From: a virus | DNA: 64,000 nt | Virus record (IMG/VR): IMGVR_UViG_3300035698_028866 | Location: 1 to 64,000 of that record | Reading direction: 5' to 3' (one strand) | In this document: one piece after another, positions 42,147 through 50,829 of the stretch | Numbering within the stretch: the first letter of the stretch is position 1 | Layout of the letters: each line of letters starts with the position of its first letter | Program-made: the position numbers and the translations under genes | Notes under the pieces: model-generated | Database searches by the model: none | The model's input: only the letters and a program-made list of their open reading frames with translations | What the model was told of the DNA's origin: nothing

Positions 42147-42341
42147 TTAGGCTCCTTCTGTAGTGTTTATGAAATGTTCAACTATGAGTAGAAGCTCATT
42201 GTCAGTTAGCATGTTAAGGACTTCCTGTGCCTCATCAAACAAAGGAGACGCATCTTCCCTCTTCCTAACCTCGCGCCAGTAGAGACTCATTCCCTTTAGA
42301 TGCTTACGCTGATCATCTGTGAGAACATAGCTTTTAATCAT
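42147..42341 (-). CDS. Small hypothetical protein
   Basis: Likely start MIKSYV at 42341 (TAATG overlap). Confidence 0.55.
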   Translation of the reverse strand: MIKSYVLTDDQRKHLKGMSLYWREVRKREDASPLFDEAQEVLNMLTDNELLLIVEHFINTTEGA

Positions 42342-42994
42342 TAGTTTTCCGCCTCTATGTAATAGTTCTCTTCCAAGAAGGCACAAAACCACTGAAACGC
42401 AGGATCCATAGCAGCATAAGCAAAGTCAGCCTCTTTCATGGTCTCGAAACGGAAAGATGCCACTACACTATCTTGATGCCAGTCATTCCCAGGAAGATAG
42501 ACTTTAAGAATTTCTGGGTAGTGAACTGCAAGATCTGGGTTATTGCCGCTAAAGAATACGACATCAGTATCCGCATACTTATAGCTAGCTAGCTCATACT
42601 GAACACGCAGCTCATCAGGCATTACCTTTACCTGAAATCCAATTGTTCTTTTCATCCTGAACAGCAGAGCAGAAAACATAGTAGAGGAGCCCTGGAAGGC
42701 CGAATAAAAATCTAAGTCTGCTGAATCAATCTCAAGAGCATTCTCGTAGTCCTGGTAGATCTGTCTTGGAGTGAGAAGCTTCAATCCTTGGCCAGGGGAC
42801 TCAAACCACAGCGAAATGGGATCTAGAACAATAGATGGGGCATGTCCTTCTCCGCATACAAAACGATGTGCCACAGAATCCCAATACGCCTCAACGACGA
42901 CCGCGTCCATTTCAGTTTGGACATGAGTCTGCATTCTAATCCCATCCTCAACCATCTTACGTCGGGCCTCGTTTGAGTTAACAAATTCAGGCAT
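42341..42994 (-). CDS. Paralog family D protein
   Basis: SNEARRKMV; GFQVKVMPDELR; VYLPG; AFQWFC. Confidence 0.75.
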   Translation of the reverse strand: MPEFVNSNEARRKMVEDGIRMQTHVQTEMDAVVVEAYWDSVAHRFVCGEGHAPSIVLDPISLWFESPGQGLKLLTPRQIYQDYENALEIDSADLDFYSAFQGSSTMFSALLFRMKRTIGFQVKVMPDELRVQYELASYKYADTDVVFFSGNNPDLAVHYPEILKVYLPGNDWHQDSVVASFRFETMKEADFAYAAMDPAFQWFCAFLEENYYIEAEN

Positions 42995-44066
42995 TTCTAT
43001 CTCCTTTTAATTTGCATTGATATTCAGATTCCAGCTCGTCGCAGAACTGAAGAAGGCTAGCTTTCAGGAGCTCGAACACTCTTTCTGGATCTTCAGTCTT
43101 CATTATGGCTATATTTCCATCGGCGGTTCTGTCACTACCAGGAATACCGATATGCAAATAGTCAGGTCCACCAGAGAGAGACGGAACACTCTTACTCTCA
43201 ATGATAACATGGTCACTAAAGTTTTTAACAGCGATATGATGGTTCGTTCCCCTAAGCTCATCAGGCATTACACTGACCTGAAATCCTACCTGCTTCCCCA
43301 TTCTAAACAGATCAGTGGAAAACATAGCTTGCTTGGAAAACGCAATACATGACCATTCATCATCAACGTCAAATGATACAAGATTAAGTGCGCTGTCTGA
43401 GAGAAATAAAGGAGTCAACATTGGCTTTTCGTCCCAATCTATAGTGGCTCCGTGATCCTTTGCCTCTTCTATCATGCGAGTTACGTTCTCGGTCCACTCT
43501 TCCAGCCCCTTTCGTCTGAAGAGCTCTGTCCTAACGCCCGCACCCGTGAGCCTCTTCACAAAACGGGCGGTGACTCTATTGCCAAAAATTTTTCCGCCCA
43601 CAGGACAACTCCTTATCTTTACATCCTGCGCGTTGAAAGCCGCAAGGGTATACGCACTAAGGGCGTGTCCGCAAGCTACTGTGAGATTGAGAAAGGTGGT
43701 CGAAACGTAAACTCCGTGTTCTCCGCCATAAACAACTTTGTTGACGGGATACTCCAGAATTTTGCCTCCAGTGTTCCCGGCAAAAGGACTCTTTCCGTCT
43801 TTGGTTAAGAGCTTAAAGACAAGATACTTAGGGACATTCTCATCCCATGTAGCGCTTTCTACCTCTGAGTCATACTTTTCATACCATACGAGAGCTTCAT
43901 CGGCAATAACTGGATACTTTGTTTTATAGCCATACTGGTTTGAGTCTTTCTTCTTAAAGCAAAATTCAATAGGATCATACCAATAGACATCATCATCCCC
44001 CAGCAGTCCCATATGAGCCCCATTTATCATCATAAGGTGTCTTGCTTCACTTGTGCTATATCCCAT
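42987..44066 (-). CDS. Paralog family D protein with an inserted domain shared with 51235..52275
   Basis: TSEARHLMM; KLLT..G.SP...YPV...GGEHGVYVS; GFQVSVMPDELRG. Confidence 0.75.
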   Translation of the reverse strand: MGYSTSEARHLMMINGAHMGLLGDDDVYWYDPIEFCFKKKDSNQYGYKTKYPVIADEALVWYEKYDSEVESATWDENVPKYLVFKLLTKDGKSPFAGNTGGKILEYPVNKVVYGGEHGVYVSTTFLNLTVACGHALSAYTLAAFNAQDVKIRSCPVGGKIFGNRVTARFVKRLTGAGVRTELFRRKGLEEWTENVTRMIEEAKDHGATIDWDEKPMLTPLFLSDSALNLVSFDVDDEWSCIAFSKQAMFSTDLFRMGKQVGFQVSVMPDELRGTNHHIAVKNFSDHVIIESKSVPSLSGGPDYLHIGIPGSDRTADGNIAIMKTEDPERVFELLKASLLQFCDELESEYQCKLKGDRNA

Positions 44067-44205
44067 GTTGGTATACTCCTTGAACTAAAGGCGAAAAAAA
44101 GCAGTAGTATTGATACAGAACTCTCGACGTTTCCAGGGCAGGAGCTAACCTCTATATAACAAAAAGCTCCTGCCCACAGGTAAGTTCCTACAAGATATCC
44201 AAGAG

Positions 44206-44703
44206 CTAGTCTATAGGACCACCAGCTCCTTCTGCGTTCATGCTGTCGAACATGGCTCTGTAGGGAAGCCATGCCACGGCCCCAGTCCTCTTATTGTAGT
44301 TAGGGGACATACACTCATCAGAATTTCGATGAGGTTCGATCGTGCGACATTCTTTCGGCCGCTTTTCAAAAGGAAGCATACACCCTTTCTCGGAATCCCA
44401 AAATGTACACGCGCCGCGATAAGCCGGGTCAAAGATACGCCCTTCGTTCCCCTTAGTCGCGGGGCGGACGTAATACGCTCTATCGATAGTCTCAGAGCCT
44501 ACTCTAGGATCTCCCTCCCACCAATCAACTGCCCACTTTCCCGATTCAATTGCATCTCTGACATTTTGCTCGATATCAGGTTCCCAATCCTCAGGAAACG
44601 AGGACCCTGGCATAGAGGCACAGCATTCACCTCCGCAGGCTGCGCAAATGCCTTCGTTCAAATACTCGCCTTCAGGCAAGTCTATGGTTTTTTCTCCAGG
44701 CAT
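44206..44703 (-). CDS. YkgJ-family (CxxCxxCC) cysteine-cluster protein
   Basis: CAACGGECC, CTFW, GCML, RPKECR. Confidence 0.75.
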   Translation of the reverse strand: MPGEKTIDLPEGEYLNEGICAACGGECCASMPGSSFPEDWEPDIEQNVRDAIESGKWAVDWWEGDPRVGSETIDRAYYVRPATKGNEGRIFDPAYRGACTFWDSEKGCMLPFEKRPKECRTIEPHRNSDECMSPNYNKRTGAVAWLPYRAMFDSMNAEGAGGPID

Positions 44704-45143
44704 AGCTTATCTTCCCTTTCCCTCGTTATAGATCCGTCTGGCCACACAATAGACACTGGGAGCTCCTCAGCTCTCGCCAGACGAATTGTTAACCACACGT
44801 CCACCCATTCTTCCTCTTTCATACCTCCGGGAGCTGCCAGAACGATCTGAGACGCTCTGACGATGTCCCCGTTTCTTTGCTCTCGGTACTTAGGAGTGTG
44901 TATCTTACCCCCAGCGCAGAAGGCACGAACAAGTGAGTCCGTGCCAGGATGGATAACAAGAAGCGCATGGGGTCTGAGAAGCTCCACCATTCCGTGAAAC
45001 TCAGCATCAGCCCCAAGACTGTCTCCATGATGCGCCTCTGTAACGTAATGCCTTTGAACCTCTTCCGTCAGGGCATCGCGCTGTGGTTCCGTAAGTCCTC
45101 TCGCTGTACCTGAGAATCCAACGCGAAACGCTTGGGTTCCCAT
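44682..45143 (-). CDS. SLOG-superfamily (DprA/YspA-like) nucleotide-binding protein
   Basis: VGFSGT, HHGDSLGAD, RNGDIV, LAAP; start MGTQ with RBS AAAGGAG. Confidence 0.7.
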   Translation of the reverse strand: MGTQAFRVGFSGTARGLTEPQRDALTEEVQRHYVTEAHHGDSLGADAEFHGMVELLRPHALLVIHPGTDSLVRAFCAGGKIHTPKYREQRNGDIVRASQIVLAAPGGMKEEEWVDVWLTIRLARAEELPVSIVWPDGSITREREDKLCLEKKP

Positions 45144-45156
45144 GGAGTCTTCTCCT

Positions 45157-45672
45157 TTAGTTAAGGGTACAGATGGGAAAGTCTTGAGGGAACAAGGATA
45201 TAAATATTCCATCAACCCATCCGTCAAGCAGGCGTTCGAGCTCTGCTTGGGTGTCTTTGAAGATCTGGAGATTTTGCCATATCTCCAGAAGGGGGCAAAC
45301 CTTTTCAGTGTTGCCTTTCTCCTGAATATCATATGCGCACTCTACCTGCCTTCGAAGGACATCATACCTCTCTCTTTGCGTTTCGGAAACTATCGGCACT
45401 GGCTCAGTTTCCAGGATCCCGAACGTATTCAGGAGGCCTGAGAAATATGATGTGCCATCTGAGGTTTCGAGCAGGACCCTGAGATCGTCCGCACTGCTGA
45501 CTTCATCGTCGCTCTTGTATTTGATGTTACTGGGTTCTTGCCCCAGAATATGTTTCCGTAGAAACCACACACTAGCAGCCGTGTCCAATGAGTTTGTCCC
45601 ATACAAGTCCACTGACTTTCTCCTTCTGTGTGAGAAAGGAGGGAAACCTCTAAAACGAGCTTCCTCCCGCAT
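45157..45672 (-). CDS. Hypothetical protein
   Basis: 171 aa ORF; start uncertain. Confidence 0.55.
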   Translation of the reverse strand: MREEARFRGFPPFSHRRRKSVDLYGTNSLDTAASVWFLRKHILGQEPSNIKYKSDDEVSSADDLRVLLETSDGTSYFSGLLNTFGILETEPVPIVSETQRERYDVLRRQVECAYDIQEKGNTEKVCPLLEIWQNLQIFKDTQAELERLLDGWVDGIFISLFPQDFPICTLN

Positions 45673-45679
45673 GTTGATG

Positions 45680-45979
45680 TTATTCGCTAACTTCGCCCAA
45701 AGCTGGAGACAGCGTGAATGCTGCTGTCTTCATTTTTTTCCGTCTTTCCTCTCTCCATATATGTAAGCGCAAGTCATCTTCCCTATTGGCTCTGGCTATT
45801 TTTGCCCTGGCCGACGCCGAAGACATATGTATCCTCCGCAAGGCCACTTCGCACAAGGGACATCTAGGAAACCCTGCTGGAGGATCAGTTTGTTCCCAGT
45901 AGATTAACAATTCTACTGGATCAGTTGTAAGTCCGCAGCATGGGCATTCATAGCCTAGGCATTCGTCTTTTTTTAGCAT
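45680..45979 (-). CDS. Zinc-ribbon protein
   Basis: YECPCCG...CPLC. Confidence 0.6.
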   Translation of the reverse strand: MLKKDECLGYECPCCGLTTDPVELLIYWEQTDPPAGFPRCPLCEVALRRIHMSSASARAKIARANREDDLRLHIWREERRKKMKTAAFTLSPALGEVSE

Positions 45980-45988
45980 TGTACCCCC

Positions 45989-46543
45989 TTAGATTTTAAC
46001 ATCAGACAGGAAGGCCTGGTCGAAATTCGCCATGATAACCTTGGCCTTACGCATGTCAGCACCTTCAAGGATAGACTTGCTAAAGTCAGCCTTTACGCAA
46101 TGCGCTTTACGCAGATCCACATCTAGGAGAAAGCATTCTGACAAAACTGCTCCATCGAGGAAGGCACCATAAAAACTGGATCCTCCCAAGTTCGAACCTT
46201 TAAAGTTTGCTCCATCGGCATGAACTCTACTCAGATCCGCGCAGATAATCTTGGCGTTCTGAATCATAAGCTCAGACAACCAGGCTTTACGGAGCTTGAC
46301 TCTGTTAAGCTTGGCCCCAGTGAGATCGGCCCACTGGAGATGGGCTTTTGACAAATTTGCCCAACTCAAGTCAGCGCCTCTCAGGTCTGCCCTACTAAGC
46401 ACGGCTCCTCGCAAATCTTCCCCACAAAGATCAGCCTCAAACAGGCTAACCCCATCACACACGGCGACCTCCACAGCTCTTTTGAGGCTTTTCGCCAAAC
46501 CCTCCCAAAGAACCTTTCCCTTTATACTTCTAATCTTCATCAC
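45989..46543 (-). CDS. Pentapeptide-repeat protein
   Basis: Tandem A[DN]Lxx repeats (ADLCG EDLRG AVLSR ADLRG ADLSW ANLSK...). Confidence 0.92.
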   Translation of the reverse strand: MMKIRSIKGKVLWEGLAKSLKRAVEVAVCDGVSLFEADLCGEDLRGAVLSRADLRGADLSWANLSKAHLQWADLTGAKLNRVKLRKAWLSELMIQNAKIICADLSRVHADGANFKGSNLGGSSFYGAFLDGAVLSECFLLDVDLRKAHCVKADFSKSILEGADMRKAKVIMANFDQAFLSDVKI

Positions 46544-46650
46544 TTGTCCTCCTACTGTAACACTTACTCTCTATTCTTTATGTAGTCTGGCCAGAGAGTT
46601 TAGCCGGGAAAGACTAGGATAGGTTATTTGTTGAGTTTCCCCAAGAATAA

Positions 46651-46695
46651 ACCTACCATGTATTATATTATAACGCATGGTAGGTCATTATTAAG
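46651..46695 (-). promoter_or_regulatory. Island-B promoter (CTTAAT-17-TATAAT) whose -10 box lies within a 10-bp inverted repeat
   Basis: CTTAAT AATGACCTACC ATGCGT TATAATATA; matches 54026..54057; IR ACCTACCATG 46651-46660 / CATGGTAGGT 46676-46685. Confidence 0.75.
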
Positions 46696-46718
46696 GCTTG
46701 TCTGAGGGCGGAAAATGG

Positions 46719-46754
46719 TCAAAAAGAGATGAACTCTGCTGCTGATTTAATCAT
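46719..46754 (-). pseudogene. Leader-only remnant MIKSAAEFISF*
   Basis: ATGATTAAATCAGCAGCAGA identical to the 5' end of 46767..47441, with its own RBS, stop after 11 codons. Confidence 0.65.
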
Positions 46755-46766
46755 ATTTAACCTCTT

Positions 46767-47441
46767 CTAGAGACCTTGTTCCCCGGCTTCGATGTCCAAG
46801 AATCTCTGGGCTGATGGGTCTTCTACTTGTGATGGATATACACTAGCCTCAATATATCTCTGAATCATGTCAGCCTTCTCTCTCGACTCCCCAGCCTCAT
46901 TCTTATAGAACTCGGGAAGCTTTCGTGCTTCGTTTCTGGAAAGAGTTCCAACGCCAAGCCCTGCACCAGTACCCATCACTCCACCCAAGAGCATAGACTT
47001 AAGATACTCGGGGTTTTCTTTTGCCATGAGCCAAGTCAAAAGAGCTCCTATACCTGCTCCCCCAAGACCCCCTGCGGCGGCATAGGTGGCCTCTCGAGGA
47101 AGGCCTGCTATGTTCGGAAAATGGTCTTCTTTTGATTTTTGCGTAAGCCTATCAGTATTGCCCTTCTCGTGCTGCAGTAACGATCTAAGATCCTCTTGCC
47201 CACGCTGAACCTGCCATTCTTCGGCACTCCTTCCTTTCAGAAACTTCAACCTTCCCTCTAACTTTTTAATTCTATCATCAACATCCCGAATTGAGTCATT
47301 AACAGATCGTGGCTCAGTCCCTGCTTTTATCATAGACATACCATCAAGAACCAAGCCTAGCTGGGCTTCTGCCTTTTTTCTATCGAAAAGACACTGCTTA
47401 CGGAAATGACCATTTATTCTGTCTGCTGCTGATTTAATCAT
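46767..47441 (-). CDS. Leader-bearing putative internal virion protein with glycine-zipper segments
   Basis: MIKSAADRINGHF leader; GGLGGAGIGALLTWLMAKENPEYLK.MLLG. Confidence 0.75.
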   Translation of the reverse strand: MIKSAADRINGHFRKQCLFDRKKAEAQLGLVLDGMSMIKAGTEPRSVNDSIRDVDDRIKKLEGRLKFLKGRSAEEWQVQRGQEDLRSLLQHEKGNTDRLTQKSKEDHFPNIAGLPREATYAAAGGLGGAGIGALLTWLMAKENPEYLKSMLLGGVMGTGAGLGVGTLSRNEARKLPEFYKNEAGESREKADMIQRYIEASVYPSQVEDPSAQRFLDIEAGEQGL

Positions 47442-47449
47442 AAGACTAA

Positions 47450-48769
47450 TTATCCTTTTTTAGATCCAAGTTGTGATCTCAACTTGCGTAAACCGCCCTG
47501 AGTAGCCCCGTAGAGATACCCAGCGCGATCTCCAAGCCAACGTGAAAGTCTTGCGTCTGGAGTAGTTCTGTTCTTATATGTATCATAGAAACCTTCTCCA
47601 AATCCCTTAAGAGACTCTGTTGGCTGAGATGCGAATTCCGGCGCGGACACAGTGAGAAATCTACCTAGAGTACCCACGGCCTTTCCGCTTTCGTATGGGT
47701 TAAGAGCTCCAGCTACAGCTCCCCCTATATTATCCTTAGATCCTCGAGAGAGTGCTTCGAGTTTCTTATTGTAAACCTTAGTGTTAAACGCACCAGCACC
47801 CATACCAAGCGCAGCAAGAGCAGTTGCAACTGGAACCCCCCAAGACTTAGCTGCTGCCTGAACCCCGCTTGATGCACTTATACCCGTTCCTAATGTCGCC
47901 CCTGCTCCTGGAAGTGCTCCTACAACCCCCGAGCTAAGAATCCCAGCTGTCGAAGCATAAGGCACAGCTTTTTTTGCTGCTAGGGCATAGGGAGCAGTAA
48001 CATCGGCAGCTGCAGCAACATTTCTTGTTGCAAGTGGATGCTTCGTAGCTGTGCTAATTCCCCCTCTTTGTAGAGCAGTTAGTCTATCCCCCGCCCACTC
48101 TTTTATCGAATTAGGAACGGTTTCTTTCGTAGGAGTTATAAAATCGAACGTTGAAACGGAATGAAGCACATCACCTATCTTATCCCAGCCAGTTGGGTTT
48201 TTGGTTTTTTCCAAAGCCTTACTACCAAACGTCTTCATCACTCCTAAGGTATGCTTTGCCGCAGAAGAAAGATGACCAATTTGTTTGTCGGTCCAAGCAG
48301 CAATTACAGGAGGCTCGAAAGGAATACCAGGGATCTTTTCCTTCATAATGGATGCAAAGCCAGCTTTCATCCCCGGTGTAAGTGGAAGTTTCATATAGGA
48401 CTGTGCAAGCGCCCTTAAGGAGTTAAGAGCTTTTTTTGGGTCTATTTTTTCAATATCGCGTGGCGTCCTAGAAAGATCTAGCAAAGAGGCAGCAAAGACT
48501 ACTACGTTCTTTTTGTGCTCTTCAATCTGTCCCCCAGTCCCCGGAGATGCAAAAAGGGCAAGACGCGTAGAGCCTTTGCCCATATTCCATACGTCTCGAA
48601 TTATACTTGTCTCAGGATCAGTCAAGCCCGTCATGCCACTTAAAGTCTGTTGAACCGCGCCAAAGAGTGAGAATTTCTTGTAGGTTGAACGCGCCTTCAA
48701 AGCCTTTTGGGCTATTGTGGGTGGGGAAGAAGGTTTGGCTGTCTGTTCTTTTGCTGCTAGTTTTCTCAT
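47450..48769 (-). CDS. Ala/Gly-rich basic putative internal virion protein
   Basis: N-terminal KLA-A; hydrophobic Gly/Ala tract. Confidence 0.7.
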   Translation of the reverse strand: MRKLAAKEQTAKPSSPPTIAQKALKARSTYKKFSLFGAVQQTLSGMTGLTDPETSIIRDVWNMGKGSTRLALFASPGTGGQIEEHKKNVVVFAASLLDLSRTPRDIEKIDPKKALNSLRALAQSYMKLPLTPGMKAGFASIMKEKIPGIPFEPPVIAAWTDKQIGHLSSAAKHTLGVMKTFGSKALEKTKNPTGWDKIGDVLHSVSTFDFITPTKETVPNSIKEWAGDRLTALQRGGISTATKHPLATRNVAAAADVTAPYALAAKKAVPYASTAGILSSGVVGALPGAGATLGTGISASSGVQAAAKSWGVPVATALAALGMGAGAFNTKVYNKKLEALSRGSKDNIGGAVAGALNPYESGKAVGTLGRFLTVSAPEFASQPTESLKGFGEGFYDTYKNRTTPDARLSRWLGDRAGYLYGATQGGLRKLRSQLGSKKG

Positions 48770-49728
48770 GCCACCACCCCCAGGGTATTTAAGTCAAATT
48801 TAGTCTTGGGGCGTTCCACCAGTCCCTGTATCCTGTTTACCATGTACTCTTGAAGTTCTGTTGGAGCCTTATCATAGTCAAACTCTCCTGTACGATTTCT
48901 AGACTTCCGGGAAGGGTGAAAGAATGGATACAGCCTCAGTGCATCTTCAGCCTTTTCAGACGTATCGATTATCTCCCCTGTTTCTTGAAAATATCTCTGC
49001 TTGATATGAGAAAGTCTAGGGTCTATCTCTGCTGGCGTAAGACCATACCTTACAAAGTCTTCTGTATATGTATCAAAAGGCTTCCGAGGATTTTTCTTTA
49101 GATACGAATCTGCAAATCTTTGAGACTCGCCTAGAGATTTCCAAAGTGGCTGTTTCCAAAGCTGTAAAGAATGCATCAGCTCATGACGCATAGTTGCATC
49201 AAAATCAGGAGTATATGCTAAGTTAGCGGCATTTACACCTACCTCATCCGTTTTCGTATCGTAATACCCATCGGTCATCGAGTCGGGAGAAAGAGTTTCA
49301 AACTTGACAGGAATCTCCCTATGGAGTGCCTCAGGAGATAAGTCTGGCCATGGAATGTTTTTCTCAGTAGAAGATAGACCTAGCGTCCACTTATTAGGCA
49401 CGCTCACTGGAAACGGACTATCTTTCTGGTGCTGCAAAGCCTTCTGATGCGCTTCATCCCAGCGATCTCCATACTCCATACTCCTATACTGAGGAGCAAG
49501 ATAGGAATGCGGAGAAGTAGTCCCTACGTTAACATCGAAGTCTACAGGTTCCACTAGAGCACGCTGAGATTGATATGATCTACCAGCGCGATGAGCAAGA
49601 GTGTTCAAATTCTTCCGTGTTCGGGAAGGAGGAACCTTTAACTCAGCGCGCTCCCCCTTCTTCTTGAGGCCACGAAGACACTTCAAGTAGAAATACTGAT
49701 CTAAGTGATCTCGTGCAGTATTTAACAC
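48766..49728 (-). CDS. Leader-bearing protein with HExxH zincin-like metallopeptidase motif
   Basis: MLNTARDHLDQYF leader; DGYYD...ATMRHELMHSLQ...PAEIDPR. Confidence 0.65.
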   Translation of the reverse strand: MLNTARDHLDQYFYLKCLRGLKKKGERAELKVPPSRTRKNLNTLAHRAGRSYQSQRALVEPVDFDVNVGTTSPHSYLAPQYRSMEYGDRWDEAHQKALQHQKDSPFPVSVPNKWTLGLSSTEKNIPWPDLSPEALHREIPVKFETLSPDSMTDGYYDTKTDEVGVNAANLAYTPDFDATMRHELMHSLQLWKQPLWKSLGESQRFADSYLKKNPRKPFDTYTEDFVRYGLTPAEIDPRLSHIKQRYFQETGEIIDTSEKAEDALRLYPFFHPSRKSRNRTGEFDYDKAPTELQEYMVNRIQGLVERPKTKFDLNTLGVVA

Positions 49729-49772
49729 TCTCTACCCCAGACTAAAAGTTAAATCCTTTCCTTACCTATAGG

Positions 49773-50321
49773 CTACACCGATATTCCACCTGTAGGAAGC
49801 TCTAGGTCAGGAACAGCTCCTTCGCCCCCGAGCTGATCTTTCCAATAGCCTGCGCCTGCTCCAACACCGCCGCCCGCGAGTGCGCCAAGGAGCATATTCT
49901 TGAGATACTGTGGGTTCTCTTTTGCCATGAGCCAGGTAAGAATTGCACCCAGACCCGCGCCTCCACCCGCTCCCATAAGACCATAGCGAGCAGCAGGATT
50001 ATCAAAAATACCGGATAACCCCTCATTTTCAGAGCCCAGCATCGTAGCCGCATCGCCAGCTTGTCCGCCTATAGTCCGAGTGAGTTGATCGGCATCCATA
50101 TTTTTTAGTTTCTCAAGAGGATCGACATAAGGAGACTCATCCCCTCCACTTGCGAGGCGGTTCGTCGAGACCGGACCGCGCAGCAGCACCTCCGTCCAAT
50201 CCACGGCGCGCTTGTTCATATCTTCCAGAGTAAACCCCAAAGAAGCCTCTGCGACAGCCTTATCGCGAAGACACGTTACACAAAAATGTCCATTTATTCT
50301 TGCTGCAGCTGATTTAAGCAT
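49773..50321 (-). CDS. Leader-bearing putative internal virion protein with glycine-zipper segments
   Basis: MLKSAAARINGHF leader; GAGGGAGLGAILTWLMAKENPQYLK.MLLG. Confidence 0.75.
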   Translation of the reverse strand: MLKSAAARINGHFCVTCLRDKAVAEASLGFTLEDMNKRAVDWTEVLLRGPVSTNRLASGGDESPYVDPLEKLKNMDADQLTRTIGGQAGDAATMLGSENEGLSGIFDNPAARYGLMGAGGGAGLGAILTWLMAKENPQYLKNMLLGALAGGGVGAGAGYWKDQLGGEGAVPDLELPTGGISV

Positions 50322-50653
50322 TATTTATACCTCGGGTAAATGTTGGAAAGGAACTTCTGAGTCTCTTCGTTTATCTGTTTCTCTCGTCGGTTTGCTATCC
50401 ATCCCCCCAAACGCTCTGCCATCCCCCACGGTGTAAAGTAAGAGCCCGTAAGAGGCGCACTTCCTGGAAGAGTAGGAGAATTAGGAGCTAAAGGAATGTT
50501 ACTAACATCTCCAACGGAAGGATCGTGGATGTTGTCTACGGGATCTGCCAAAGCATCCAACACATTGTTTCTTGCCGCAATAGCTCCAGCCTGCTTAATG
50601 AGAGTTCGGCGGGCGAAATACTCAGAAAGACGCTCCTTTGTTGAACTAGGCAT
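50321..50653 (-). CDS. Leader-bearing small putative internal virion protein
   Basis: MPSSTKERLSEYFARRTLIKQA-G. Confidence 0.7.
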   Translation of the reverse strand: MPSSTKERLSEYFARRTLIKQAGAIAARNNVLDALADPVDNIHDPSVGDVSNIPLAPNSPTLPGSAPLTGSYFTPWGMAERLGGWIANRREKQINEETQKFLSNIYPRYK

Positions 50654-50695
50654 TGTAAATCCTCATGTGAAAAAAGTTCTTTCCGACCATAAGAT

Positions 50696-50724
50696 ATTTT
50701 AGCGTCTAAAGGTTCACCTGTCAA
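50696..50724 (-). promoter_or_regulatory. Sigma70-type promoter of the leader-protein cluster
   Basis: TTGACA-17 nt-TAAAAT. Confidence 0.8.
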
Positions 50725-50742
50725 ACGTCTTTTTTTCCTGGC

Positions 50743-50786
50743 TCATAGCAAAAAAAAAGAGAGGAAGAAAACCTCCTCTCTTTTTT
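50743..50786 (-). terminator. Intrinsic terminator closing accessory island A
   Basis: AGAGAGGA/UCCUCUCU stem with U9 and tail GCUAUGA. Confidence 0.8.
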
Positions 50787-50829
50787 AGACCTTAGATAAG
50801 AAGCTGCTCCACAGCCTCCCCAAGTTCCG

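Noticed and set aside
31300-44066. Diversity-generating retroelement or integron as the source of the paralog families
   Set aside because: No reverse transcriptase or integrase in the window, no adenine-specific template/variable repeat pair, no attC-like palindromes noticed
44030-44272. 80-aa hydrophobic ORF
   Set aside because: Overlaps both neighbours and spans an 11-bp inverted repeat; more likely intergenic
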